Positions 8,448 through 18,970 are shown, counted from the stretch's first letter. The stretch: 64,000 nucleotides of DNA from a candidate division WOR-3 bacterium (GCA_020349965.1 CP070705.1:689092-753091), one strand, 5' to 3'. Translations and numbers: made by a program. The notes: generated by a model not told the origin, from the letters alone.

Positions 8448-10418
8448 TTATTTCTTCAAATGGCGGCTCACGAAATCCAGAATGAACTCTAATCTCTTTT
8501 CACGCCTGCGCGGCGAACCATGTCGGGACAATTCGTGGCACTCTACGGGAAATCGTACCATCTCGACATCTCGTCCGTGCAATTTGAGAGCCAGGAACAG
8601 CTCTTCGGCCTGTCCAATGGGGCACCGATGATCCTGCTCGCTGTGGATAATTAGCAAAGGCGTTCTTATTCTCTTGACATATTTCAGCGGCGACATGTCC
8701 CAGTAGAAGTGAAAATTCCTATTCTCCCACCAATGGCCCTTGAATTCCTTGGACAACGCGAACCCGAAATCGGAGGTCGAGAACGAAAGCATGTTCACAA
8801 CACTCCGCATCGTCACAGCGGCTCTGAAGATATTCGTATGGCCGATGAGCCAATTGGTCATGAAACCTCCGTAGCTGCCTCCCATGACGGCCATCCTGTT
8901 CCTGTCCACATATTTACGCCGCGTGAGCACTTTAATTCCCCTTAGCAAATCATGCGTATCCGGTATGCCCCACCTTTTGTGCAGTGCCCGCGCAAATTTC
9001 TCACCGTAACCTACGCTCCCGTGCGGATTCGAATAGAACACAAGATAGCCGTGTGCCGCAAGGACCTGAAATTCATGGAAGAGGGAATTGCCGTAAGCCG
9101 CGTGCGGTCCACCATGAATCTGGACGATCAAAGGGTACTTCCTCGTCGACCGGAAATTCGGTGGTTTCAGTAGCCAACCGTGGATTTCGTGGCCGCCAAA
9201 ACCCCTCCAGTATATTTCCTCAGGTTGGACTATCCGCCGGGATTTCACATACTTCCGGTTCAAGTGAGTAAGTTGCTTACGAGATCCCTCTTTTAACAGA
9301 TAAAGGTTGCCCGGATCGCCGGTATTGCTGATTGCGAGTGCCCACGTGTTTCTCCGGTCATGGTCAAAAGCATAGATTCTCTCGTTCATTCCGGCGAGTT
9401 TGACCACTTTTCTGCTATTGATATGAACCCTGTACAAACCACAATCTCCGTGGTCTGTCGTTATGTCGTGAATGTAGTTTCCATCTCCCGAAAAAACAGG
9501 ACGGGTATGCGCATAATGCCCGAGATCATCGACCATCAACGCCTCAAACGTCCGGTCGAACGATTTTGTCAGATTCACGGCCTTGCCGCCTTTTACACTA
9601 ACATACCACAGATCGATGCTTCGCCAGCCGACCCACTCCTCAGGATACAATCGACCTCGATATGCGATATGCTTTCCGTCCGGTGAAAAAACTGGCACCG
9701 CCTTTGGCCCGGGAGGTGTCCCGATCTTCATCTCCTTACCACCGGTCACACGGACAAGAAAGAGATCCACGTAGAGCATCTTCTCTTCGAACCGTTCATT
9801 GCGGTTTGAAGTAAAAACAATACGCCTCCCGTCGGGCGACACATCCCCCAGATCGTCGCCATTACGTCCAAAGGTCAGTTGCGTCATCCTGCCGGAACGC
9901 ACCCTGACTATCCAGATATGCTGCTTCTCCTCAGGAAGCATGCCTTTGCCATCCAATTTATACCACATGTTCCTCACGTGATGGTAAAGCGGTGGTTTAT
10001 CCTTCTCAGGAACCCTGTCCTTATCGTCTTTCTTTAACGTGAATTCGCATACAATATGTCTGCAATCGGGCGTCCACAAATAGTTACCGAAAAATCCTTT
10101 TGCGTCCGTTATGGCATATGCTTCACCGCCGCTGGCCGGTATCGCCCAGAGGTTCTGCTTGTCCTTATCGGTCAAAACGAAAGTAATGAGCTCTCCGTCC
10201 GGTGACCACCGGATTCTCTTTATATCCTTTTTCCCGCGTACAAAATGACGGACTCTTCCCTTATCGTTCACCATAAATAGGTTCGAATAGTACTTGTTCT
10301 TCTGGCTATCCATCCATTCAACGGTGAAGGCGACCTTATTGCCGTCCGGCGAGAGCGCGATCTCCCTCAGGAATTCTATCTTGTACAGATCGCCGATGTT
10401 GACCCGTTCTTTTCTCAT
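8448..10418 (-). CDS. S9 family (prolyl oligopeptidase / acylaminoacyl) peptidase
   Basis: WSPDG/FSPDG beta-propeller repeats, IHGGPH, GGSYGG nucleophile, D (EQDHRC) and H (CHELSR) of the triad. Confidence 0.93.
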   Translation of the reverse strand: MRKERVNIGDLYKIEFLREIALSPDGNKVAFTVEWMDSQKNKYYSNLFMVNDKGRVRHFVRGKKDIKRIRWSPDGELITFVLTDKDKQNLWAIPASGGEAYAITDAKGFFGNYLWTPDCRHIVCEFTLKKDDKDRVPEKDKPPLYHHVRNMWYKLDGKGMLPEEKQHIWIVRVRSGRMTQLTFGRNGDDLGDVSPDGRRIVFTSNRNERFEEKMLYVDLFLVRVTGGKEMKIGTPPGPKAVPVFSPDGKHIAYRGRLYPEEWVGWRSIDLWYVSVKGGKAVNLTKSFDRTFEALMVDDLGHYAHTRPVFSGDGNYIHDITTDHGDCGLYRVHINSRKVVKLAGMNERIYAFDHDRRNTWALAISNTGDPGNLYLLKEGSRKQLTHLNRKYVKSRRIVQPEEIYWRGFGGHEIHGWLLKPPNFRSTRKYPLIVQIHGGPHAAYGNSLFHEFQVLAAHGYLVFYSNPHGSVGYGEKFARALHKRWGIPDTHDLLRGIKVLTRRKYVDRNRMAVMGGSYGGFMTNWLIGHTNIFRAAVTMRSVVNMLSFSTSDFGFALSKEFKGHWWENRNFHFYWDMSPLKYVKRIRTPLLIIHSEQDHRCPIGQAEELFLALKLHGRDVEMVRFPVECHELSRHGSPRRREKRLEFILDFVSRHLKK

Positions 10419-10440
10419 ATTTCTTCCTCTCGACTATGAA

Positions 10441-10935
10441 TCACCAACTTGTGAGAATGCCGGTCACCAGTCTCTCGGCCGCTTTCTTTGCGGCTTCTCT
10501 TATACTCCCTTCCTCATCAGTGGTGTACAATGCCCAATCGGATACGTCACTCTCCCAGAAAACCTCGTTCCTTATGCGATCGACACAGCGCGCCGAGTAT
10601 TTAATGGTTATCCTGTATTCAAGGATCGTCTGATCCGACGTGTAGGTATGAGGCTCCTTTGAATAGCCCGCCACACTACCTTCGAGGACGAGATCGGCAC
10701 TGCCTTCATCGACGATTCTCAGGTTCGAGCTGCTGCGAAATGCCTCGATCACGGCCTCGGTGGCCACCTCATCCAAACCTGTTTTCAGAGTACGGTTCTG
10801 AAAGATGCGGATATGTATCTTCTGCAGGTATTCAGGCATCAGCGAGCGCGTTGAGTAGCCGCAGCAAGAAAGAACCGACAGACCGCAAAAAATGAATAGA
10901 AGAATGATGACCAGTGTTAATTTCGCATATCGCAT
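10441..10935 (-). CDS. lptE: LPS assembly lipoprotein LptE family
   Basis: Lipoprotein signal ending SCCGYS, IHIRIFQNRT, ADLVLEG, EYRITI; ATG 10935 has AGGGG SD. Confidence 0.75.
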   Translation of the reverse strand: MRYAKLTLVIILLFIFCGLSVLSCCGYSTRSLMPEYLQKIHIRIFQNRTLKTGLDEVATEAVIEAFRSSSNLRIVDEGSADLVLEGSVAGYSKEPHTYTSDQTILEYRITIKYSARCVDRIRNEVFWESDVSDWALYTTDEEGSIREAAKKAAERLVTGILTSW

Positions 10936-10964
10936 AACGTTTGTCCCCTTTGACAATACTTGAT

Positions 10965-13223
10965 TCATCTATCGATCGATTTGAGTCGGGCTTCGGCCTC
11001 GGCTCCAATTGGATCGTTCACGCCCCGCTCCTTCACTAAATTCCTGTAGACCCGCCGGGCGGCATCCATTTCATCGAGAAGTTCCAGCATGTTACCGGTT
11101 TTGTAGCGTGCCGTGGGAGCCCACATTTCATCGTTCCCATAGAGATCGGCTATTCTCTGGTAACTGTGAAAGGCGCGGGTGAAATCGCCTTTGCGGAGGT
11201 ATGCCTCGCCAAGCCAATAGTAGTATGAAGGATCCGGCTTCAACCTGGTTGCCGTCTTCAGATTTTCGATCGCTTCGTTCAACTTACCGATCCGCAGTGA
11301 GGCATAGCCGATCTCAAACCTTACATCGCCTTCTTCTTCTTCTTTAAACGCGCCGAGGATCTTCAGCCCCGTGGTGATGACCATCGGCCAGTCGCCCGCC
11401 TTTTTGAAGCTGATCAACTGGTTTTGATATGCGTCGAATCTCAGATCCTCATCCTCTCCGGCCAAACCGTAGTAGTATGCGGCGGTATCGTAATCTTCGC
11501 GCAGGAAATTGAGCGTCGCTATCTTGAATATCGCATGGTGAAAATACCGGCCTTCTTTGAAACGGTCGCTATAGTACTTGAATCTGTATAGCGCACTATC
11601 CACCTCATTAACGTAGAACGACGATAGAGCCCAATTGTAATAGATACCATCAGGAACATTCCCTTCAGCAGCCCCGACCACAGAATCGTAATACACCATT
11701 GCGTTCTGATAATACTTTCTACTAAGGAGATATTCGCCGTAGAGATCGAGCAGTTCGTAATCGGTATCCATGAAATACACATGAATGATCGAATCAGCCT
11801 CGCTCAATTTACCACAGTGTGCAAGGCTACGAGCATAGATCCTGATCATAGCTGTATCGCCCTGGAAGGATGCCGGCGCGACCGAGCAGATATCGCTATG
11901 AGCTCCGGCCCGATAACGGTCGGCCATATAACCACGGAGCGCCTTGCCGTACAGTATTGAATCCGACGTCTGAGTCATTACCCTGGAGTAGAGGTCGGGA
12001 ACACTTCGCCCTGTCGCCCTCAGGCACTCCGCCAGGACGTATAGCGGATAGGTGGCGCGGCTATTGGAGAGAATTATGTTTTTTGCTGCCGACCCGAAAT
12101 CTCCGCCGGCATACTGTGCGTAACCGATCGTCTTGAGCACGTATGGACGGACATTCCTGTGCCCGACATACGTAGAGATAATCTTTGCCGCCTCAGCATA
12201 ATCACCGCGCTTGATCAGCTCCTGGCAGCAAATGGAATCGAGCAGATAATTTCCGCGATGGCTGCGCCTCAGTTCTTTGATCTGGGCAAGAGTATCGGCC
12301 GCATCGAATAGGATCGAATCGAGCATAACGCCATCCGGAACATTCCGCGATACGGTATCGATGCCGTACGCCCCCAAGAACAGCTCGATCTCGTCTCTTT
12401 CACGAGGGAAAAAGTCTCCGAGTGTACGCCTGCCCGCCAGGATGTCCAGAAGATTTGCTTTCTGCTCCATTCCCCTGGTCTTTCTCAATCGTTCTATGTG
12501 TTGGCCAGCACTCTCAATGTCGAAGAGTACTGCGATCTTTGCATATCGGTAAAGATCTTGACCATGCAATTTTGCCCCATTCAAGTTCCGGAACGTCATA
12601 AAGGACTCCACCGTATCACCCATGAGGAGGTAATTCTCCATAACATAGAGATCGCGGTTTATGCCTTCCATCGTTTTGTAAATCTCATTTCGGGCATGGT
12701 AGTCTTCAATGATACTCGCCCGCATGATCTTAACCGTATCGCTTGGCGAGCAGAATGACAGAGCGTAATCCGCCATTCCAAAATCCCCATCCTCGATGAG
12801 ACCGCGCCCCAACGTTTCCATGATCGCAGTTTCATTCAACAGAAATTCGTACTCCCTAATATATAGCATCGCAACGCGGTTTGCGCGGTTCTCCACAAGT
12901 TTCTTGAGCAACACCATGAAGACCTCCGCGGCGCGTAAATCATATGAATAACTCTCGAGAAAGCGGCTCGCCGCAGAAATGAAGTCGATAAGATCATCCT
13001 TCTGCAAGTGGATATTCGCCAAGTAATAAAGTGCATCAGGGAAATGCTGACGGTTTTCACTATCAGTCAGCAGATCTTCGAAATATATCCGGGCTAAACC
13101 ATAGTCGCGCCGTGCATAAGCATCTCTCGCCCGCTCGTAAGACGTACCGTCGGCTCCCCAAAGGATACTTGCGGACACCGAAAACAAAGCAACAATGATC
13201 GCTACGGTGTAGACCCTGGACAT
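10965..13223 (-). CDS. Exported TPR-repeat protein
   Basis: Start moved to ATG 13223 (AGGAGG SD, signal peptide MSRVYTVAIIVALFSVSAS); TPR-like helices such as DALYYLANIHL, YYYWLGEAYL, ARYKTGNMLE. Confidence 0.75.
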   Translation of the reverse strand: MSRVYTVAIIVALFSVSASILWGADGTSYERARDAYARRDYGLARIYFEDLLTDSENRQHFPDALYYLANIHLQKDDLIDFISAASRFLESYSYDLRAAEVFMVLLKKLVENRANRVAMLYIREYEFLLNETAIMETLGRGLIEDGDFGMADYALSFCSPSDTVKIMRASIIEDYHARNEIYKTMEGINRDLYVMENYLLMGDTVESFMTFRNLNGAKLHGQDLYRYAKIAVLFDIESAGQHIERLRKTRGMEQKANLLDILAGRRTLGDFFPRERDEIELFLGAYGIDTVSRNVPDGVMLDSILFDAADTLAQIKELRRSHRGNYLLDSICCQELIKRGDYAEAAKIISTYVGHRNVRPYVLKTIGYAQYAGGDFGSAAKNIILSNSRATYPLYVLAECLRATGRSVPDLYSRVMTQTSDSILYGKALRGYMADRYRAGAHSDICSVAPASFQGDTAMIRIYARSLAHCGKLSEADSIIHVYFMDTDYELLDLYGEYLLSRKYYQNAMVYYDSVVGAAEGNVPDGIYYNWALSSFYVNEVDSALYRFKYYSDRFKEGRYFHHAIFKIATLNFLREDYDTAAYYYGLAGEDEDLRFDAYQNQLISFKKAGDWPMVITTGLKILGAFKEEEEGDVRFEIGYASLRIGKLNEAIENLKTATRLKPDPSYYYWLGEAYLRKGDFTRAFHSYQRIADLYGNDEMWAPTARYKTGNMLELLDEMDAARRVYRNLVKERGVNDPIGAEAEARLKSIDR

Positions 13224-14308
13224 GACGCCTCCTGTTTCAATACTTCCTCGAAGCGTTGCGCCGATAGATCCCAAGAAAAGTGACGTGACCATTTTTTTGC
13301 TTCGTTCGAAAATCGAATCCACTTAGGCTTGTTGGCGAGTAATTCGACGATACGGTCTGCCATCTCATCGATGTTCCCGTATGTGTATCGATATCCCGTA
13401 CGACCGTCCAAAACAACCTCACGCAGACCCGGTGAATTTGCACAGACGACGGGCGTACCGCACGACTGTGCTTCGATGGCAGTCAGTCCCCATCCTTCCT
13501 TTATCGAAGGTTGAACGACCACGCGCGCAGTTCGATAGGTATTGTACTTCTCCTCTTCTGACACGAAACCGGTGAAATCTACATCGACGTCGATCCTCTG
13601 TGCCAGGGACTTCAAATCATTCAACGCATCTCCGTCGCCTACGATCTTCGCTTTGATCCTTCTCCGTTTGCTCACGAGTCCTACGGCGCGGACAAAATGA
13701 TCGATCGATTTGTACGATTTGACACGCCCAATGTACACAACCAGGTCGTCTGCCCTTTTTTTCTTACCGGCACAGTAATGTTCCGGAATACCACTCTGCA
13801 CGACATGGATGCGACGGCGGACACCAATGTCCCTGAGATCATCTTTGGTGCTGTGGGAAATGGCAACAAAATCGGCACGACCGTAAACCTTCCCTGCAAG
13901 CCGCTCAGCCACGAAGACATAACCCGCGGCCAAGGGATTCGTTTCACGGAATATGGTCCTGCGAAATAGATGCATCACCGTAGGTAATACTCTCTTGCGC
14001 GTGAAAACGGTCGAGTAGAATGGGATTTTATTAAGATCGTCGATGATTACATCGATATCGTGGTGCCGCAGCAAGGCTCGGAGCGCGCTCGGAGCAACGA
14101 AGTTGAAATTTGGGCGCCTGCCGATCCTGAATATTCGAAACCCATCAAGGCATTCGTACCTGCTCTGGCCTCGACCACGGCTGCACAGAAGCATGACTCG
14201 GTGGCCTTTCTTGATCAGACGCGAAAACACCTCATACAGGTAGACCTCAGCGCCACCGGCAAACGGATTCTTCCAGTCTTGCCAGTTGATAACGAGGATA
14301 TTCATCAA
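13202..14308 (-). CDS. GT4 family glycosyltransferase
   Basis: NPFAGGAEVY, YIGRVKSYK, PSIKEGWGLTAIEAQSCGTPVV (ExxGxxxxEA). Confidence 0.93.
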   Translation of the reverse strand: MMNILVINWQDWKNPFAGGAEVYLYEVFSRLIKKGHRVMLLCSRGRGQSRYECLDGFRIFRIGRRPNFNFVAPSALRALLRHHDIDVIIDDLNKIPFYSTVFTRKRVLPTVMHLFRRTIFRETNPLAAGYVFVAERLAGKVYGRADFVAISHSTKDDLRDIGVRRRIHVVQSGIPEHYCAGKKKRADDLVVYIGRVKSYKSIDHFVRAVGLVSKRRRIKAKIVGDGDALNDLKSLAQRIDVDVDFTGFVSEEEKYNTYRTARVVVQPSIKEGWGLTAIEAQSCGTPVVCANSPGLREVVLDGRTGYRYTYGNIDEMADRIVELLANKPKWIRFSNEAKKWSRHFSWDLSAQRFEEVLKQEASCPGSTP

Positions 14309-14316
14309 TGAATACG

Positions 14317-15234
14317 CTACACTTTGGCGCGCCAGTAGTTGAGAAGATCTTCAATGGTCTTCTCAACTTTTACCTTGGCCGACCAACCCGTCAGCCCGGA
14401 GAACTTTCCCCCGTCACCGATAAGCACCGGTATGTCATTCTTCCTCATTCTAGTCGGATTCACCTTCAACTCGAATTCTTTTCTTGACAATCGCTTGAAG
14501 ATGTCGACCAACTCGGATATGGTATACCCGTGCCCTGTAGCTATGTTATAGGTCTGTCCAACAGCGCACATCTCAAGCGCCACCGTATATGCAGCAACGA
14601 CATCCTTAATGTTCATGAACTCCCTCTTGGCCTTCACATTCCCGAGTTCTATCAACGGCGCGCGCTTCCCCTTCTCGATTTCACCAATCTGTTTGGCTAT
14701 GGTGGGTAGCACGAATGTCTCTGCTTGACCCGGGCCGGTGTGGGTAAAAGGTCTGAGCACGACACAATCCAACCCCTCAACCTGGTAGTCGGTGACGATG
14801 AGTTCTGCTGCATATTTGCTGATAGCGTAGGGATTCTTCAGAACAACAGGTGCATCCTCGTTGAGATGCTCCCCGCCTCCGTACACCTCACATGTAGACA
14901 CGAAATAGAAGATTGTCTTCTTGCCGAGCGACCTCGCCGCCTCCAAAAGATTCGCCGTGCCGGCAATATTCGTGCTGTAGACAATGGGGCGGTCACGAAA
15001 AGACTTCGCGACAGAACTCACTGCGGCGAGGTGGAACACCACGTCTGGCTGGTATTGCTTGAACACCTCGAATACCAAATCGAGATTGAGCACATCCAAT
15101 GCGACATATTTCCCTTTTTTCGGGATAAGCTGCGGCAGGCAGGCCGCAACGACCTCGTACTTAGAGACATCGAGGGCTTTTATCAGATGAGAACCGACAA
15201 AACCCTCACTGCCGGTCACGAGAAGCGTCTTCAC
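14317..15234 (-). CDS. Extended SDR, GDP-sugar epimerase/reductase (Rmd/Gmd-like)
   Basis: TGSEGFVGSHL, HLAAVSSV, NPYAISK (YxxxK), RPFTHTGPGQ. Confidence 0.85.
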   Translation of the reverse strand: MKTLLVTGSEGFVGSHLIKALDVSKYEVVAACLPQLIPKKGKYVALDVLNLDLVFEVFKQYQPDVVFHLAAVSSVAKSFRDRPIVYSTNIAGTANLLEAARSLGKKTIFYFVSTCEVYGGGEHLNEDAPVVLKNPYAISKYAAELIVTDYQVEGLDCVVLRPFTHTGPGQAETFVLPTIAKQIGEIEKGKRAPLIELGNVKAKREFMNIKDVVAAYTVALEMCAVGQTYNIATGHGYTISELVDIFKRLSRKEFELKVNPTRMRKNDIPVLIGDGGKFSGLTGWSAKVKVEKTIEDLLNYWRAKV

Positions 15235-16187
15235 CTTATCCGATCACGCCAGTATTTCATCAAATCTTCAAGTGTTTTATCTAAAGGTATCTCTGGCTTC
15301 CAGCCTGTTGCCTTGGCGAACTTCGCTGCCGAACCAGTCAATAATTCCACATCGGAAGGACGTAACCGCGAAGGATCCTGTTCAATCTGAACCTTTACTC
15401 TGGACAGCGAAACAAGCTTGTCCAGCAAATCCTTGATCTTTATACCCTTACCCGAAGCAATATTGTATACTTCACCAGGTGCGCCTTTCTCCAGAGAAAG
15501 AGCGTAGGCACGCGCCACATCCCTAACATCAGTAAAATCGCGCACCGCCCCAAGATTTCCCACGCGCAATATGGGTTCTCTATCCCCGCGCTCGATTTCC
15601 ACGAGCTGTTTGGCGAAGTTCGAGGTAACGAAGACGTCGCCCCGCCTGGGTCCTGTGTGATTGAATGCCCTTGTCCGTACTATCTTGAGACCATAGCTCT
15701 TGAAGTATTGAAACCCCAATAGGTCCTGAGCTACCTTGCTCACGGCATAAGGACTGAGCGGCCTGAGCGGATTGTTTTCGGTGATCGGCAGTTCTTCCGG
15801 AAACACCAGACCGTATTCCTCGCTGGAACCAGCTATCTGTATCATCGGATCAATTTTTAACTCGCGTACAGCTTCGAAGAGATTCAGCTCACCGATGATA
15901 TTCGTCTGCAGTGTCTCCTGCGGTATACGCCAGGAGAAGGGCACATAACTTTGTGCCGCCAGATGAAAGATGTAATCCGGCCTGCATGCCGCGAGAACGG
16001 TCTTCATGGCAAACGCATCTTTAATGTCGCAGTCGACCAGAGTAATTTTGCTTTCGATATGACGGATATTTTCTCGATTTGAACGCCACTTTATCGTTCC
16101 GAAGATCTCATGTTCACCTCTGGCAAGGTAGTAATCGGCAAGATGACTTCCGGTGAACCCAGAGATGCCCGTTATCAATATTCTCAT
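15231..16187 (-). CDS. Extended SDR, GDP-mannose 4,6-dehydratase / Rmd-like
   Basis: TGISGFTGSHL, HLAAQSYV, GSSEEYG, SPYAVSK, RAFNHTGPRR, RDFTDVRD. Confidence 0.88.
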   Translation of the reverse strand: MRILITGISGFTGSHLADYYLARGEHEIFGTIKWRSNRENIRHIESKITLVDCDIKDAFAMKTVLAACRPDYIFHLAAQSYVPFSWRIPQETLQTNIIGELNLFEAVRELKIDPMIQIAGSSEEYGLVFPEELPITENNPLRPLSPYAVSKVAQDLLGFQYFKSYGLKIVRTRAFNHTGPRRGDVFVTSNFAKQLVEIERGDREPILRVGNLGAVRDFTDVRDVARAYALSLEKGAPGEVYNIASGKGIKIKDLLDKLVSLSRVKVQIEQDPSRLRPSDVELLTGSAAKFAKATGWKPEIPLDKTLEDLMKYWRDRIR

Positions 16188-16196
16188 CTCGACTCC

Positions 16197-16949
16197 TTAT
16201 AGTTTCACGAAAAAGGGTATATAACCCATGGGGTCGACAGGTTCATAACGAAACCTCACTTCATAGTGCAGATGCGAAGATGTGGACCTACCCGTAGATC
16301 CAACGGTGCCGATGACCTGCCCTGCAGTCACCCTGACGCCATCGAGGACGTCGATCGAATTCAGGTGACCGTAGAATGTTGAATAGTTCCTGTTGTGTTC
16401 AATCACAACATAATTGCCGTAGAGGGAATCCCACCCCGTTCCTTCAACAATGCCCGACGCAGCGGATATCACCGGCGAGAACTGCGGTGCAGCGATATCA
16501 ATCCCAAAATGTCCCGGGCCGAAATCCCTCGATATCTGACCCATCGTGGGAAGGAGCGAAGGAATATTCTCCGGTATTTCTTTGAGAACTTCAATGTCAG
16601 TATAGTGCGGTTTTGTCTCCGTAACTGCAGGCTCGACCAATTCAGGAGTCTTCTCGATTCCCAACATGACTTTGATCCTTCGATTGTTGGCTTCGGCGAG
16701 GCGCAGATTCTCCCGGATCTCCTCGATCTTGGTAAATTCCTCCTCTAATTCAGCATTGCGTCTCCGGAGCATGCCAACTTCCAGCGCACGGACATAGACC
16801 AACGAGTAGTTCAATCCTGCAATTACGATAACCAGAAGTAGGGCCATACCGACAAGGCCCATTATGCGTAAGTTCTTCTTCGATATGAAGTAATGCTTCG
16901 ATCCGCTCGAATCGTCTGATACGATGAGGACCGAATAGCCCTTTTTCAT
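16197..16949 (-). CDS. M23 family metallopeptidase with TM and coiled coil
   Basis: HFGID (HxxxD), YGNYVVIEH, GSTGRSTSSHLHYEV (HxH). Confidence 0.92.
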   Translation of the reverse strand: MKKGYSVLIVSDDSSGSKHYFISKKNLRIMGLVGMALLLVIVIAGLNYSLVYVRALEVGMLRRRNAELEEEFTKIEEIRENLRLAEANNRRIKVMLGIEKTPELVEPAVTETKPHYTDIEVLKEIPENIPSLLPTMGQISRDFGPGHFGIDIAAPQFSPVISAASGIVEGTGWDSLYGNYVVIEHNRNYSTFYGHLNSIDVLDGVRVTAGQVIGTVGSTGRSTSSHLHYEVRFRYEPVDPMGYIPFFVKL

Positions 16950-16952
16950 GGC

Positions 16953-17960
16953 CTAACTTAATCCCTTTTCACAGACGCGCACGAGCAACTTCACCGCGGC
17001 TTCGACATCCCCCAGATCACAGACCTCACTTGTCGTATGGATGTACCTCGTCGGGATCGACAAGACGCCGCTCATAACGCCTGCCCTCACCAATTGTATG
17101 ACCGCGGCGTCCGTACTGCCGTGCTCCAAGATCTCCATCTGGTAAGGTAGGGAGAGGGCTTCGGCGTACTCCACAAGTTTTTCTTTGACGACCGGATTTG
17201 CGATGAACCCGCTGTCTTTTACTTTTACCGCCACGCCGCCGCCTATTGCAACCTGCATCTTGTGGGCCTCGGGTGTATCTCCGGTGTCGGTAACGTCAAC
17301 GGCAATTGCATAGGTAGGATCGATGCTGTATGCACCTGTTCGCGCCCCGCGCAATCCGACTTCCTCCTGCACCGTAAACACGAAATAGACATCGCATTTC
17401 GGTTTCTTAACACGTCTCGCCGCCTCGATCAAACAGTAGCACCCGATCCGGTCGTCGAGTGCCTTTGCAGAAATCCGTTTCTTGCCAAGACGAATCGCAA
17501 TCTGGTGAAAAGACGCGATATCACCAATTTCGACGATCTTTTTCGTACTCTCGAGGTCGCGAGTCCCGACATCTATATACATCTTTTCCATTCTCGGCTT
17601 CGGTGACGGCTTTGCTGAATCCTTATCCGGCTCCATTCCGATGATGCCGATCGTCCCGTTCTCGAAAATCACTCTGTGTCCGAGTATTCTCTCCGTAAAA
17701 ATACCCCCGAGTCCGGTAAATCTGATGAAGCCCTTCATATCTATGTGGGTCACGATCAATCCTATTTCATCCATGTGTGCACAGAGCATGATCTTCTCAG
17801 CTCCCTTTGATACGGCAGGCTTATGCGCGATAAGATTACCCAAACGGTCTGTTTCCATTTCAGCACAATGGCCCTTAAGTTCCTTTTCGATCATCTTACG
17901 AACTCGATGCTCACGTCCGGCAGGACCGTAAGCATTGCATAACTCTTCGATCAATCCCAT
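16953..17960 (-). CDS. M42 family aminopeptidase
   Basis: AHMDEIG, KALDDRIG, TVQEEVGLRGA, GSTDA, PTRYIH; start set at ATG 17960. Confidence 0.92.
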   Translation of the reverse strand: MGLIEELCNAYGPAGREHRVRKMIEKELKGHCAEMETDRLGNLIAHKPAVSKGAEKIMLCAHMDEIGLIVTHIDMKGFIRFTGLGGIFTERILGHRVIFENGTIGIIGMEPDKDSAKPSPKPRMEKMYIDVGTRDLESTKKIVEIGDIASFHQIAIRLGKKRISAKALDDRIGCYCLIEAARRVKKPKCDVYFVFTVQEEVGLRGARTGAYSIDPTYAIAVDVTDTGDTPEAHKMQVAIGGGVAVKVKDSGFIANPVVKEKLVEYAEALSLPYQMEILEHGSTDAAVIQLVRAGVMSGVLSIPTRYIHTTSEVCDLGDVEAAVKLLVRVCEKGLS

Positions 17961-18964
17961 TCCTTTTCCTTTCTGCAAATACTCTCAATGCCACATCTAA
18001 CGAGGTCGGTCGTTGCCGATATGTCCTTTTTCGATGCAAAGGCAAGGGGCGAATGGATGTAACGCGCAGGGATACTCACCACCCCTGCCCTGACACCCGC
18101 CTCGGCCAGATGCATCGTTCCCGCATCGGTTCCTCCAACCATTGGTCGCTTCATCTGATATGGAATCTTCTCTCGCTCTGCAGTCTCACGCAATACTTTG
18201 ACGACCTTCGCATCACAGATAACGGATCGGTCGGCAATGGTTATGGCTGGCCCGGCTCCTATCGCCGGATATTGAGGAAGATCCCTCTCTTCGGGCCATT
18301 CTCCTGATGAAGTCGTATCGATCGCCAGCGCGACGCTCGGCTTTAGTCGATGCGCAGCGATCCGCGCTCCCCTCAATCCGACCTCTTCCTGCACCGTAAA
18401 AACACAGTACATGGGTAATTCAGACTGCTCGATCAACTGCAGCATTATGAAACAGCCGATACGGTTATCGAATGCCTTTCCTCTGATGATTCCGCCATTC
18501 TCTCCAAATTTGGTATCGAAAGTAGCATAATCGCCTATCTCTACTATCTTACTGGCATCCTCTTTTGAGGATGCTCCAATATCGATGAAAAGATCCTTCA
18601 TCTTCGGCATCTTCTTCAGGTCATCGTCCTCTGCAAGATGGATCGGCTTGTGACCGACGACACCGAGCACGCTATCCTTGCCGATCAATACGCGCTTCGC
18701 CAGCAAGACGTTCGTCATCATGCCAATCGCCCGAAACCGCAGTAACCCCGTCTTCTCGACGCCGGTTATCATCAAACCGACCTCATCCATATGCGCTGCA
18801 AGCATCACGCTCGGTTTCTTGGCCTTGCCGATCCTCACGATCAGGTTGCCATAGGCATCCTCCATCAGATCCGCGGCATACTTGCCGATCTTGCTTCTAA
18901 TGAACTCCCTGACCTTGCTCTCGTCACCGCTTACGCCATTCAATTCACTCAACTCTTTGAGCAT
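17951..18964 (-). CDS. M42 family aminopeptidase (second paralogue)
   Basis: AHMDEVG, KAFDNRIG, TVQEEVGLRGA, GGTDAG, PARYIHS. Confidence 0.92.
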   Translation of the reverse strand: MLKELSELNGVSGDESKVREFIRSKIGKYAADLMEDAYGNLIVRIGKAKKPSVMLAAHMDEVGLMITGVEKTGLLRFRAIGMMTNVLLAKRVLIGKDSVLGVVGHKPIHLAEDDDLKKMPKMKDLFIDIGASSKEDASKIVEIGDYATFDTKFGENGGIIRGKAFDNRIGCFIMLQLIEQSELPMYCVFTVQEEVGLRGARIAAHRLKPSVALAIDTTSSGEWPEERDLPQYPAIGAGPAITIADRSVICDAKVVKVLRETAEREKIPYQMKRPMVGGTDAGTMHLAEAGVRAGVVSIPARYIHSPLAFASKKDISATTDLVRCGIESICRKEKEWD

Positions 18965-18970
18965 GCCCAA

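Noticed and set aside
13224-13322. ORF-track N-terminal extensions (also at 31441, 32799, 35672, 45078, 54738)
   Set aside because: They overlap neighbours or promoters; downstream starts have SDs or family-typical N-termini
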